A DNA stretch of 56,248 nucleotides from a virus (IMGVR_UViG_3300027917_000053:1-56248); one strand, 5' to 3'. Counted from the first letter of the stretch, positions 20,235-30,541 are shown. Translations and numbers: made by a program. Notes: generated from the sequence alone by a model not told the origin.

Positions 20235-21146
20235 CTATAACCTCTTTATTACTGAGTAAAATTTAGGACCTGGTTTTGCTGCAGCTATACATATTACTTC
20301 ACTTGGAATTCCAAATTCTTGATAAGCATATGTAAATCTAGTTGCTCTAATACCAAATACTTTTTGGTATGCTTGGTAAAGTAACACAAATAATTCTCTA
20401 TAGTCTCTTCTAGAATACATTTGGTCAATAACATCTTCATTCCAAAAATTAGCAATATAGATAAATTGAATTTTCTCAACACGATCCTGGAAAGCATCTG
20501 GATTGAAGTAAGACTTAGATTTATAGGACCTAAGTAAATCACCAAATCCTTCTATATCTCTTTTATTCATTTTATCAGCTTTTAATTCCATATTTTTCCA
20601 CATATACTCTACTAAAGGTAAAGAGTCAAACTTTACTCCTGCTTCGATCCCTAAAGCCCCAGAGAAAACAAAATTATAGAAATCTACTAAATCACCTTTA
20701 AAAGTATTCCAAAAGTCATTTGATTTTCTAGTGGCTGCCATGTGCATACATTCATGAACTACAGTATAAGATAACACGTCATCTGAAGTATAATTAAATA
20801 TATTACTATTAGTATCAACGAGGATAAATATCTTATCTTTATTAGGAATATAAAATCCTGCTACTCCCTCCATTTTATCACCAAAGGCTTTAATAGCAAA
20901 GTATTTAAAGAAACCACTTGAAATAAAGGCAGGAGTAATTTGGTCGTTCCAAATCATATCTATAAGTTTTGGAGAGACAGAACGAGTCATATTATTTTTC
21001 ATTAACATTTTAGAAAACTTCTTTTTTAATCCTTTGGATGAAAAAAGTTTAAATTTTCCATCTAACACTGCTACGACTCTAAGTCTAAAAGGCATAGCCC
21101 AAAACTCATTTAGAAAATCTGATTGGCGATCTATATCGTTTTTCAT
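20235..21146 (-). CDS. Putative zincin metalloprotease
   Basis: GVAGFY...IFIL...YTVVHECMH (HExxH) with a downstream E. Confidence 0.6.
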   Translation of the reverse strand: MKNDIDRQSDFLNEFWAMPFRLRVVAVLDGKFKLFSSKGLKKKFSKMLMKNNMTRSVSPKLIDMIWNDQITPAFISSGFFKYFAIKAFGDKMEGVAGFYIPNKDKIFILVDTNSNIFNYTSDDVLSYTVVHECMHMAATRKSNDFWNTFKGDLVDFYNFVFSGALGIEAGVKFDSLPLVEYMWKNMELKADKMNKRDIEGFGDLLRSYKSKSYFNPDAFQDRVEKIQFIYIANFWNEDVIDQMYSRRDYRELFVLLYQAYQKVFGIRATRFTYAYQEFGIPSEVICIAAAKPGPKFYSVIKRL

Positions 21147-21163
21147 TTTTTGATTTTATCCTC

Positions 21164-22906
21164 TTACTCTCTATTATAAAAAGAAAGAATGTCGACCCAA
21201 CCTTGATAAGCCTCTGGGGTGTTTTTAATGTTATCTCTTATGTTGGAATTAGTTACTTCCGCTAAGAAATGAGGGGTATTAAAATTCATAATTTCTTGGA
21301 AACTAGCCATACTCTCATAATTTTGTTCAATCTCTAAGACTGGGTCATATTTTCGTACATAGGCACAAAAACTATAAGCTAAAGCTAAGTCATCCCTACA
21401 ATCTTTATCTCCCTCAACTCTTCCATTTGGTTTTTCTACTAATCCTATCAATTCAGTTACTAATCGACTTGATTTAATAGTTTCAGGAAAACCGCTTACA
21501 TATGAGTATAAACCATCGATAACTAAAGGTCGAGTCATCGAATCTATGTTAAGACCAGGGGTAACTTTTCCTTTTCTATTTTCAGCATAAACCATTGAAG
21601 CGACATCTGACCGAGATAAAGTCTCCATTACTTGATTTCCAACACTATTTCTTTCTATAACTATAGTTCCTCGATATAGTGATGCTGCGGTCATAACTAC
21701 TTTACAAAAATCAGTTACTGGTAACTTTCCTTGGTATTCCCAGACTTGAGTAAAAGTTCTATAATCCAACACGACTATAGCACTTTTGTCTTCTCCAAAC
21801 TCAGTCGCTGTGTCAACTCCTATAATATAGTGATTCCCCACAATGGGTAAATAATATTGCCATGCTTCACCGTTAAAGATTTTCATTATTTCAATAGGTT
21901 TATTTTTTCTAGCATTATCTTGAAGAGCCAAACAAGTTGCCTCATTAAAGAAACTACCCCCAGAAGGTAAGAATTTTAACTCTAATTCTTGTTCTATCTT
22001 TTTTAAGTCATTTCCAAATAATTCACATTGATTTCTATACCAAAGGGGATCTTTAGAGATTTCATCAACATCTTTCCAGTGAATGATATAAGGGTTAAAT
22101 ATATCAGTTCCAGAGATCGAAGATTGATAACGAGAATAATACCATTTACCCACACCAGTAGTTTTATTTGGAGTTGATAGAACCACAGTTGCATAAGGAA
22201 CGTTTGCTTTTCTAGCTTGCATTTGATTAGTAGATAAAGCGGGGACTATACCTGTGTATGCTTCATCAATATGGTTGACAAAAGCTGCTTCATCGATGAT
22301 TAAAACAGTTACTGCCTTCCCCCTCAAAGTCTTTTCTGGATTATTTGGGTTAACGGTACAAGCATGACATTTACATCCATTTTCCAAGATAAAACTTTGC
22401 TCAGTCTTTTTCTTAAACTTTGGACGAATCCAAGGGGGTAAATTATCAATCATAGTTATTACACATCTATTAAAATCAGTTGCTTCAGAGGCATTCTTAG
22501 AGATAATCCCTACTACCACATTTTTATAGAAAATACATAACCAAACTATAAACGCCTGGATAACTGTGGTGATACCTATTTGTCGGGACTTAAGAACTAA
22601 AACATACTTTTTATCTTGTACTGTTTTTATTAATTCTAACTGGGGTTTATAGGGGTTCATTAAAGTATTACCACCGGGAAGTTCCAAGTATACAAAATTC
22701 TTACAAAAGTATTCAAAATCTTCTTTAGCTTGAAAGTATTTTCTTAGTCTTTCTTCATCTTTATCAGCTAAAATTTCCTCTATTTCTTCAACTTCATTTT
22801 CTTCTAATTCAAGTTCGCCCAGAACTATCTGTGCTTCTGGTTCTTCGGAATAAAAGGTTTCTTCTGTAAGAAACTCATCACATTCCATTATTCTCATATC
22901 ACCCAT
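21164..22906 (-). CDS. terL: Terminase large subunit
   Basis: KSRQIGITT Walker A, LIIDEAAF Walker B, STPN coupling motif, QELELKF, nuclease IGVD...D, DDL.LA. Confidence 0.95.
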   Translation of the reverse strand: MGDMRIMECDEFLTEETFYSEEPEAQIVLGELELEENEVEEIEEILADKDEERLRKYFQAKEDFEYFCKNFVYLELPGGNTLMNPYKPQLELIKTVQDKKYVLVLKSRQIGITTVIQAFIVWLCIFYKNVVVGIISKNASEATDFNRCVITMIDNLPPWIRPKFKKKTEQSFILENGCKCHACTVNPNNPEKTLRGKAVTVLIIDEAAFVNHIDEAYTGIVPALSTNQMQARKANVPYATVVLSTPNKTTGVGKWYYSRYQSSISGTDIFNPYIIHWKDVDEISKDPLWYRNQCELFGNDLKKIEQELELKFLPSGGSFFNEATCLALQDNARKNKPIEIMKIFNGEAWQYYLPIVGNHYIIGVDTATEFGEDKSAIVVLDYRTFTQVWEYQGKLPVTDFCKVVMTAASLYRGTIVIERNSVGNQVMETLSRSDVASMVYAENRKGKVTPGLNIDSMTRPLVIDGLYSYVSGFPETIKSSRLVTELIGLVEKPNGRVEGDKDCRDDLALAYSFCAYVRKYDPVLEIEQNYESMASFQEIMNFNTPHFLAEVTNSNIRDNIKNTPEAYQGWVDILSFYNRE

Positions 22907-22918
22907 GGTAATTCCCCA

Positions 22919-24172
22919 TTATATGGTCTTGTTAGTTCTAAAAAGATATAGGTTAACAGATGTTCCCCATTCTTTATTCCTAACTTGTTGGATTACAATA
23001 TCTGAGGCCCTTAAAATATAATCACCACTTAACTCAGTATATGTATCAACATATGGAGCAAAGAGAACTGTTTTTCCTATATCAAAAAATCTAGCAATAT
23101 CTAAAAAACCATTTAAAGTTACTTGTAAACTTGATAAATTACATATCATTCTACTAAGTCCAGAAATAGCAAAAGATTCACTATCTCTATTATTAGTACT
23201 ATAACCAGGTTTATCTACTTCGTATCTTTCTCTAGATGTTGAAGAATCAAACTTAACATCTCTATTTTTGAAAATAACACCATATTCTTTACATATATCA
23301 TTTAAATTCATGTTAACTGTAGAGTAAAGTCTATCAGATGGCTTTGTAATGTAATGAATGTCAGAAGCAACCGACGAAAATTTTTTATTCCCTTCATATC
23401 CTGATTGAATAGGTAAACTAGTATAGAAATGTTGACCATCAGTACATTTATCCATTATTTCTTTAGATGTTGTTTGATTACTAGCTACATAAAAAATGAC
23501 TATGTGAGATGACTTATTTATTTGTTTTGATAAATTAGTTATAAAGACTTTATTCTCATAGTTACAAAATATTGCCATTGGTCCATTAAATATACCAAAT
23601 GTATCATTTAGATATTTTATAGCTCTAATATAAGTCACTGGAGGAATAAGTATTTGGTCTATTTTTTCAGAATTAATTCCTTCATCTACTAACTCCAGTG
23701 TTGCTCCAGGATTTACTTTATTAGTTAAATCCTGTATAACTTCTTTTATAGTCTTGTTTTCGTAAACTTCATTGACTAATCCGGTTATAGTTTTATATGA
23801 TTGTCGACACACAGTGAGAATTTGACTTCCCCCACGATCTGACATATTTTGCTCAGCATTCATAGTTTCTGGAGCTAAACCAAAGTTAGACTGAATATAC
23901 ATTAACTCCATAACTATTTCTTGTCTTGGAAAACCCGATTGCTTTAAAGTCAATTTTAGATTAATAGGATTCTGACCAAATAGTTGATCTTTTAATATAT
24001 CCTTAGAGTCTATAAAAAGACCTAAACTGACTAAAGGATATACATTAGCTAAAGCTGAACCTATTCGTATTCTTCTTATTTTATCGGAATAGTCAGTTCC
24101 TCCTATTTCTAAGAAGACCTGAAAGTTTTCAAAAGATCCAGAATTTGTTTTTTCCAAGGTTTTCCTCCACAA
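22919..24172 (-). CDS. Baseplate hub-like structural protein (gp27-like)
   Basis: Y.NKTI.EVI.DL, QILIPP, LSG.YI pattern typical of hub proteins; start uncertain. Confidence 0.5.
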   Translation of the reverse strand: MWRKTLEKTNSGSFENFQVFLEIGGTDYSDKIRRIRIGSALANVYPLVSLGLFIDSKDILKDQLFGQNPINLKLTLKQSGFPRQEIVMELMYIQSNFGLAPETMNAEQNMSDRGGSQILTVCRQSYKTITGLVNEVYENKTIKEVIQDLTNKVNPGATLELVDEGINSEKIDQILIPPVTYIRAIKYLNDTFGIFNGPMAIFCNYENKVFITNLSKQINKSSHIVIFYVASNQTTSKEIMDKCTDGQHFYTSLPIQSGYEGNKKFSSVASDIHYITKPSDRLYSTVNMNLNDICKEYGVIFKNRDVKFDSSTSRERYEVDKPGYSTNNRDSESFAISGLSRMICNLSSLQVTLNGFLDIARFFDIGKTVLFAPYVDTYTELSGDYILRASDIVIQQVRNKEWGTSVNLYLFRTNKTI

Positions 24173-24201
24173 ATGTACAAAAAAATTTAAGGAAGTATTT
24201 A

Positions 24202-24213
24202 TTATTTGTTCAA
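24202..24213 (-). promoter_or_regulatory. Putative late promoter TTGAACAAATAA
   Basis: Identical 12-mer to 1241-1252, upstream of the minus-strand structural genes. Confidence 0.45.
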
Positions 24214-24231
24214 ATAATTCTGAAATTGCGC

Positions 24232-24266
24232 AACAAAGGAGGGCGGGGAAAACCCCACCCCCCTTC
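24232..24266 (-). terminator. Rho-independent terminator
   Basis: Minus strand GGGGGTGGGG-TTTT-CCCCGCCCTCC-TTTGTT after the methyltransferase gene. Confidence 0.6.
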
Positions 24267-24290
24267 CCCGATAGACTTACTAATTTTTAA

Positions 24291-24923
24291 CTAGGGTCTA
24301 CTGGCAATTATCTTTAAATACGGCCTATAGTCAAGATAAGTCGAATTTCTCCCTACAGATGTTATTTCTTTTATTTGCCAGTATCCCTCAAACTCCAGGT
24401 AATATTTAGCAAGGTTTTCCGTCCAGATACTTCCATGAGGATCGTACGGTTCATTACAGAATTCCGTAGTTATTTCTAGAAGTCTATTTAAGAAATCTTT
24501 ATTGATTTCTCCCACGGGTAAAACCTTATCTAAACCAATGAGGGTTTCAGCATAGTACCTATGATCAGGCACGAGGATTTCTAAAATCCCGTCCTTCTTA
24601 CATGAATTATGAAGCAAGTAAATAAAGGAAATTAGGTCTTTAAGAGGAACATGTTCCATGTAACGACTACATGTAATTTTGTCCACTTTAAACCTAAATG
24701 AGTCGAGAAAGTCAACCGCCTTACTTGAGCAAAAGAATACGAATCCCTCAGTAAAAGGTTTCACATTACTTACTGCTTTCATAAGATGGTTTTCTATCTC
24801 TGCGATTGAGCTACAGGATTTAACCGAGTAGGAACAATCAACATTAACCAGGAAATGGGAATCAGGAAGTTCAGTTTTATCAAAAGGAACTTTTCCCGAC
24901 CCAATATTCAATTCTAGATGCAT
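24291..24923 (-). CDS. Class I SAM-dependent methyltransferase-like protein
   Basis: LNIGSG motif I, VNVD, CSRYMEHVP, KKDGILEILVPD. Confidence 0.75.
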   Translation of the reverse strand: MHLELNIGSGKVPFDKTELPDSHFLVNVDCSYSVKSCSSIAEIENHLMKAVSNVKPFTEGFVFFCSSKAVDFLDSFRFKVDKITCSRYMEHVPLKDLISFIYLLHNSCKKDGILEILVPDHRYYAETLIGLDKVLPVGEINKDFLNRLLEITTEFCNEPYDPHGSIWTENLAKYYLEFEGYWQIKEITSVGRNSTYLDYRPYLKIIASRP

Positions 24924-25169
24924 GTTTCCTCCCTTATTCTAAAAGTTAATTAAAAGAAAACTCTAAGTAAAACAACTAGAACTACTCCTCTGTTAGGATT
25001 AATATTATCATGAGTGATATCCTTGTTATTGGGTTTTTCCTTTATTTACTATAATCTATAAGTTATAGTACTATACGTTTTAACACCCCATATCTTTATT
25101 AGTATGGAGTAAAATTCTATTCGGCTAGTAAGCAACTGATAGAATTTTTTATATTTGGTTACTTAGCTT

Positions 25170-25443
25170 AACTCAAACGGTTTTCTTCGGGCATATTATA
25201 CATTCCATTACGGTGGGTTTCTGAAAGTCAATGATACGTTTGTTTCCAGTGGGTTTCTATGGATGAATGATACATTCTATTTGTATGGTTTTTTCATAGT
25301 ACGACGTGATACATTAAGATAAAGTGGTTTTCTTCCTTAGAATGATACATTTTGAACTCGACGGTTTTCTAAAGCTCATTGATGCATTATTTTTTAGTGG
25401 TTTTCTAGGATGGTAAGATACGCTGTGTTCGAGTGGGTTTCTA
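25170..25443 (-). repeat. 36-nt dual-repeat (TIGR-like) array, block A, about 8 units
   Basis: Plus-strand ggktttct at 25179, 25215, 25251, 25287, 25326, 25363, 25399, 25435, alternating with gatacatt/gatacg half a period away. Confidence 0.85.
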
Positions 25444-26310
25444 TACCCTTTCCAGAATATTTTTTTCTAACTCATCGTCTACTACACTGACATTAAGATC
25501 AATTTCCTTAGAATTCAGAGGATACATGTTTTCAGGAATCAGTTTAGATATTTTATCTTTTTCTACTAGCAGCATCCGATTTATAACATTTATTGTCTTC
25601 TGAGGGGGGTATATGAGTGATTTGCTTCCGGGTTTGGGGTCACATAATAAAAATACCCTTTCGTTTTGTGAGAACTCCATTGGTAATAACAACTCTACTC
25701 CACGTATTTTGCAACATAAAGTTGCTAAAAGTTTAACTGAAATGTTGGGAATCACCTCAACATAGGGAGAGTTAATACTTTGTAATATTATTGTAGAATT
25801 GTCCTCCTTTTCAGGACCATATTTTGGAACCTTTCCAGTTGTTTCTATGCTATGTTTTAAAAATGAATAGTGTTCGTCCAGTGATGTGTTAATATCTTTA
25901 GCATATTTTTCAAACTCTTCATCTATCTTTACCTCATAAAATAATCCATTCTCTGTCCTTCTTAAATTTGAGGTTCCCTCTTTTAAGTTAAAAGAAACCT
26001 CATTTTGTTTATGACCATAAAAGGGATTGTTAACTATCAACTTTTTTAGTATCTCTGGTGTCTTAGAGACTAAAATTTTGTCTATGATTAGCGACATTTT
26101 CATCGGAAATTGTGTTTCATCTCGAAATATCGAATTTTGACATAATTTAAATATCCAAACCTGTTCATTCTCAGAATCTTGATTGGAGCAATAAATAATC
26201 CTGGCACTAAATTTAATTCCGTTTATGACTAAATCTAAGATCGAGTAGACATACGGAATCCCCTCTCTTATTTTACAACAACTACTATGGACTAGTCCTA
26301 ATTTAATCAT
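25441..26310 (-). CDS. Hypothetical protein, array-associated paralog family A (apparently two domains)
   Basis: SD aaggag; L.L.I.G..F / L.CKI.G.E..LP...P..V.N..L...LIP pattern shared with 26421, 26744 and 35602. Confidence 0.7.
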   Translation of the reverse strand: MIKLGLVHSSCCKIREGIPYVYSILDLVINGIKFSARIIYCSNQDSENEQVWIFKLCQNSIFRDETQFPMKMSLIIDKILVSKTPEILKKLIVNNPFYGHKQNEVSFNLKEGTSNLRRTENGLFYEVKIDEEFEKYAKDINTSLDEHYSFLKHSIETTGKVPKYGPEKEDNSTIILQSINSPYVEVIPNISVKLLATLCCKIRGVELLLPMEFSQNERVFLLCDPKPGSKSLIYPPQKTINVINRMLLVEKDKISKLIPENMYPLNSKEIDLNVSVVDDELEKNILERV

Positions 26311-26337
26311 ATCTTACTCTCCTTAAAAGTATATCCC

Positions 26338-26426
26338 AAGAAAAACCAATTTACTTTTTTGGGTTAACTCTTCTATTTTTGGAAACATTTTACTTGCAAC
26401 GGGTTTCTTAGAAATTATGATTAACT
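26338..26426 (-). repeat. Dual-repeat mini-array, block B (about 2 units) between two genes
   Basis: gggttaact 26361, ggaaacatt 26381, gggtttct 26401, gattaact 26419. Confidence 0.65.
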
Positions 26427-26741
26427 ATCAGAAATAGTTACGTTAACATCCTTTCTTTCTGATAATTGGAATACTTTAGGTAAATCTTTTACTATTCCTG
26501 GACTTATCTCTCTAAGTGTGTCATTTATTGAAGCCATTATTGGTTTCCACTTAGTATTAGAATAATTAATACCTTCCCTCATACACTCCACGGGGTTAGT
26601 TTCAAAATATCCAAATATGTTTATTAAAGGAATACTAAAATGACTTCCGTCGACTATGATTTTTAACCTACCTTTAACTATCGCTTTCCCTCCATAATCA
26701 ATACTTACAAATATGTTCTCAAAATACTCGATTTTAACCAT
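26421..26741 (-). CDS. Hypothetical protein, family A
   Basis: GRLKIIVDGSHFSIPL...INDTL; stop codon lies within an array repeat. Confidence 0.65.
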   Translation of the reverse strand: MVKIEYFENIFVSIDYGGKAIVKGRLKIIVDGSHFSIPLINIFGYFETNPVECMREGINYSNTKWKPIMASINDTLREISPGIVKDLPKVFQLSERKDVNVTISDS

Positions 26742-26743
26742 AT

Positions 26744-27136
26744 TTAGAATTCCTTTTCTTTATCTTCGCCTGTGTAAACAGTTATAGCATTCGAAACATT
26801 CATTTTTTCTATATCAATAGAGTTAACATGAAAGAACCTCGGAATACTCTGTAAACAAATCCAATTACATAATTTAAGCCATTTATTAATGCTATCAATC
26901 ACCTCCTGAGGCATTTTATTTATAAATCCAAAATTAGGATCATCGTCGGGAATAAGGGGATTAATTACTAAAACGCTTCCTGCTGAAACTAGAGGGAAAA
27001 TTCTTTCATCCCCGTCCACTGTGGTTCTCAGGAAAGCATAAAGATGACAATTATAAAATGGATCAGTTGGAGCTCTTCCATTAACCTGTGTTAGCATAAG
27101 TCGAATATGTGAAAGTTCTTTTACTTTGACCTCCAT
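26744..27136 (-). CDS. Hypothetical protein, family A
   Basis: LYAFLRTTVDGDERIFPLVS.G...PQEV..SIN.WL; SD gggagg. Confidence 0.7.
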   Translation of the reverse strand: MEVKVKELSHIRLMLTQVNGRAPTDPFYNCHLYAFLRTTVDGDERIFPLVSAGSVLVINPLIPDDDPNFGFINKMPQEVIDSINKWLKLCNWICLQSIPRFFHVNSIDIEKMNVSNAITVYTGEDKEKEF

Positions 27137-27150
27137 TTTAACCTCCCATT

Positions 27151-27558
27151 TTAATAAGACATGAAAATTAACGGGTGCTTATTTCCATCAATTCCTACTT
27201 TCTGAAGTTCGGATAAAACATACATCTTAAATTCGTGAAAAGTTTGATCATCTTTCATTTCATCAGTGCTTACACCAATCCTAATTCTATTTGGAAATAG
27301 ATGAAATTTAAGCTTTCTTTCTCTAAATCTATGATGCTTCCATTCGATTAGATGATAAATATTTCTGGAACTTTTTAAGAACTTATCTCTGTTGACTATA
27401 TTAGTTCGTAAACTAAAATACTCAGACGATATTTTTTTGGTGAACATAAGTGTCTTGAGTGCTTTTATAACATCTGGATATCTCCAAGGACTAACTATGT
27501 ATATCCCAAAAATAACTGATGAAGTACCATAATATACATCTTTTTCATATCCTGTCAT
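27151..27558 (-). CDS. Hypothetical protein, family B
   Basis: Start reassigned to ATG 27558 (SD aaggagg); C-terminal IRIGVS.DEMKDDQTF.EFK.YV..EL. Confidence 0.7.
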   Translation of the reverse strand: MTGYEKDVYYGTSSVIFGIYIVSPWRYPDVIKALKTLMFTKKISSEYFSLRTNIVNRDKFLKSSRNIYHLIEWKHHRFRERKLKFHLFPNRIRIGVSTDEMKDDQTFHEFKMYVLSELQKVGIDGNKHPLIFMSY

Positions 27559-27577
27559 TTTAACTACCTCCTTAAAA

Positions 27578-27916
27578 CTATGTAAAAAATACCATTCTAA
27601 ACCCTTCGGTATCAATTCCAAAATCTTCTAGTTGTGAACGAACATAACTATCAAATTCCTTAAGTGTTTGGTCTCCTTTCATTTCTTTCACATTGACTCC
27701 AATTTTCATATTTTTAACATATAACATGATAGTTAATTTTCCACGGGTCATTTTTATTTTAGGTTCGGAAATGAGTTTTCTCATTTTATAGTATAAATTT
27801 TCTTTTATTTCAGGAAACTCAGATAGGAGTAATTCTTTTATTTTTGGTATTAAGTATTCGAATGTATAGATGTCAGTAAAACTAATACCACAATAAGTAA
27901 CTTCAGGTATTCCCAT
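27578..27916 (-). CDS. Hypothetical protein, family B
   Basis: YCGI.F.DIY...KIGVNVKEMKGDQTLKEF; start ATG 27916. Confidence 0.7.
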   Translation of the reverse strand: MGIPEVTYCGISFTDIYTFEYLIPKIKELLLSEFPEIKENLYYKMRKLISEPKIKMTRGKLTIMLYVKNMKIGVNVKEMKGDQTLKEFDSYVRSQLEDFGIDTEGFRMVFFT

Positions 27917-27933
27917 TTTTCTACCTTTCAATT

Positions 27934-28287
27934 TTAATAACCATTTACGTATATTGCCATATCATCTCTTGAGAATTTGGGTTCTGTTATCTTTCCTAAT
28001 TCTGAGATAACGTAATCTTTGAACTCATTCAGTGGGGTATTTGGATTTTTCATTCCAATCCCGATATAGACTTTTTTTACAAATACTTCAAAGTTTAAGT
28101 TTTTATGAGTTAAACTTATATAAGATAATTTTTTACGTGACTGAAAACGTATCCCACTTTTATATTCCGTCCTTGGAAGGAATGAGTCTAATCTAAGAAG
28201 ATATAGTATATAAATAAAGTCACGTATTTCTTTATATTCGTTTATATTATCTATAACTACTCCCACTTTAGCATTATAACACCACAT
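27934..28287 (-). CDS. Hypothetical protein, family B
   Basis: VGVV.D...EIRDFIY.LY...YIG...PL.EFK.YVI.EL. Confidence 0.7.
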   Translation of the reverse strand: MWCYNAKVGVVIDNINEYKEIRDFIYILYLLRLDSFLPRTEYKSGIRFQSRKKLSYISLTHKNLNFEVFVKKVYIGIGMKNPNTPLNEFKDYVISELGKITEPKFSRDDMAIYVNGY

Positions 28288-28310
28288 CTTTTAAAGACCC
28301 CCCCTTTTTT

Positions 28311-28652
28311 CTATGTAAAGAAAACCAAATGTCTTTTTACTTTAATTTTGATCTTAAATAATTCTTCAGTAACAATTCTTTCAAAGTCAAGAAGAGATTG
28401 ATTATTTTTCATTTTATCTACATTGACTCCAATTTTTATATTCCTACTGAATATTATATAAGTTAACATTCCTTTAGTTATAACTATTTTATTGAGAGGA
28501 ATAAGACCTCTTATTTCTTGATACTCCAATCCAAATCCTACTAATCGTGAGAACTTAGCTTCAAGTAAATCTTTTATTATAGGCAATAATTTCTTATAGC
28601 TATAAATATCATAAAAGTATACTCCACAGTAAACTTCTTTGGTTTTCTTCAC
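28311..28652 (-). CDS. Hypothetical protein, family B
   Basis: Close paralog of 27578-27916 (YCGV.F.DIY; KIGVNV.KMK; VFFT end). Confidence 0.7.
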   Translation of the reverse strand: MKKTKEVYCGVYFYDIYSYKKLLPIIKDLLEAKFSRLVGFGLEYQEIRGLIPLNKIVITKGMLTYIIFSRNIKIGVNVDKMKNNQSLLDFERIVTEELFKIKIKVKRHLVFFT

Positions 28653-28665
28653 TTTTCCCCCTTTT

Positions 28666-29019
28666 CTAAAATAGTCGACTGGTATATAAAATCATATCCT
28701 TCTTTTTAAATCCAGTAAAACCAAGATCTTTTAATTCTTTAATGACAAAGGATTTAAAGTCTTTTAGAGGAACATTGTTTCTTTCTACTTCAGTCCCTAC
28801 GTAAAGTCTTTTTACATAAATCTCAAAGACTAAATTTTTATAAGGAGTTCGAATGTAATTAAATTTACTGCATTTTTCCACATATAAATTATTCTTATTG
28901 GCTATTCTATGTCGACTAATAGCTTTTTTATTAAGATATAAACAATATACAAATTCCCTTAGTTCTTTATGCTTAGATGCGTCTACTACTATTCCTACAA
29001 ATAGTTTATCATTCCACAT
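28666..29019 (-). CDS. Hypothetical protein, family B
   Basis: Start reassigned to ATG 29019 (MWNDK, SD ggagg); paralog of 27934-28287. Confidence 0.7.
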   Translation of the reverse strand: MWNDKLFVGIVVDASKHKELREFVYCLYLNKKAISRHRIANKNNLYVEKCSKFNYIRTPYKNLVFEIYVKRLYVGTEVERNNVPLKDFKSFVIKELKDLGFTGFKKKDMILYTSRLF

Positions 29020-29227
29020 CTTTTTCCTCCCCTTTATATCCTTCACAGTTAACCGGTTTCTGAGGAATAAAACCCTCAGAAGTCCTTTTATCAATATACT
29101 CTTTTGCTTTCTTATTAAACTTCATACAATGATAACCTTCACCTCCGAAAGTTAGATATCTACATCTTTCTTTTTCAGAGTAAAGTTTACATATATTTTC
29201 TAGTTGCTCTTTTGGTAAAAGTGACAT
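29009..29227 (-). CDS. Small Cys-containing hypothetical protein
   Basis: SD aggag; C...CRYL......C.K...NCEG. Confidence 0.65.
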   Translation of the reverse strand: MSLLPKEQLENICKLYSEKERCRYLTFGGEGYHCMKFNKKAKEYIDKRTSEGFIPQKPVNCEGYKGEEKDVE

Positions 29228-29262
29228 AATTGGACTCCTGAGGGCTTAAACTAACAATTGGT

Positions 29263-30530
29263 GGGGTTCTCTAAGGTGTTGGTAAACTTCTTGATCCTGG
29301 GTTTCTAAATGAATAAGATAATCTGTCTCGAAATGGGTTTCTCCGTATTCACGAAAAACTATATATTGATGGGTTTCTAATGAATATTGGTAAACTATAT
29401 CGGTACGAGTTATTAGTAATTCTGATAAACTTAAAGAAGATGGGTTTCTTAATTCTAATGATAAACTCTTTCCTGGCGGATTTTTACTTTTGTTTGGAAA
29501 ATGTTTTGGATTTGGGTTTCTATGGAATCGTGATAAATTATATGGGCGAAGGGTTTCTGTTATACCATGATAAACTTATACATTTAGGATTTCTGCGATG
29601 TAGAGGTAAACTAGCTCGGGGAGGATTTCTTCCTACCGCGGGTAAACTCATAATTAATGGGGTTCTAAATTAGAGTGGTAAACTTTTCTCATCTGAGTTA
29701 AGTTTGATTACTTGAAAAACTAGATTTTCATGGGTTACTAGCAGTACCTGATTACTATGTTCCAATGGGTTACTTAGAAATCAAGATAAACTTTCATTAA
29801 TGGGGTTTCTATTTATATATGCTAAACTAATTATTTATGGGTTTCTCTCACGAGGGGTTTCTAATATCTCTTTAGAAAAACTCGCAGATTGTGGGGTTTT
29901 TGTCAATTATGATAATTTGTCCTTAAGAGGGTTTCTTGGATTTTTCGGAAAACTCAATACCATTGGGTTTATTTCGAATTATGAAAATCTATTACTAATC
30001 GGGTTAAATTCTTTGGATAGGATAACTAGTCCAATGAGGGTTTCTTTCCAATTATGGTAAACTATGCAGATTGTGGGTTTCTAATCTTTCCTGGTAAACT
30101 ATGCAGATTGTGGGTTTCTTTTCAAATATGGTAAACTATTTTGTCATGGGTTTCTTACTCTTATCGGAAAACTAATCTCACATGGGTTTCTAGGATTTCC
30201 AGGTAAACTATTTTACTTAGGGTTCAGTTTTTAGTCTAGGAAAACTATATTTCTAAGACTTCTCCTTTAGCCAGATCACTGAGTAGTAAACTATTTTGTA
30301 ATGGGTTTCTTCTCCTTTATGATAAAAACTTATCATATTTGGATTACTATGAAATAGTGAAAAACTGTTTACGAATGGGTTACTTGATATTTTAGATAAT
30401 CTTTATAATTTTGGATTACTATTATTTATTGAAAAACTATTTAGGAGTGGGTTACTTGATATTCCAGATAATCTAAATTAACTAGGGTTTTATACGATGG
30501 TAATGAAAAATTTGCGATTTTAGGGTTTCT
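29263..30530 (-). repeat. 36-nt dual-repeat (TIGR-like) array, block C, about 34 units
   Basis: Alternating gggtt(t/a)ct and g(a/g)(t/a)aaact about every 18 nt, with unique intervening 9-10-mers. Confidence 0.9.
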
Positions 30531-30541
30531 TAATATATAGG

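Noticed and set aside
29380-30060. Plus-strand ORFs 29380-29673 and 29800-30060 (also 34236-34424) with GFL....KL periodicity
   Set aside because: The 12-aa periodicity is just the 36-nt array read antisense; the frames break at every indel, lack SD sites and oppose all neighbouring genes.
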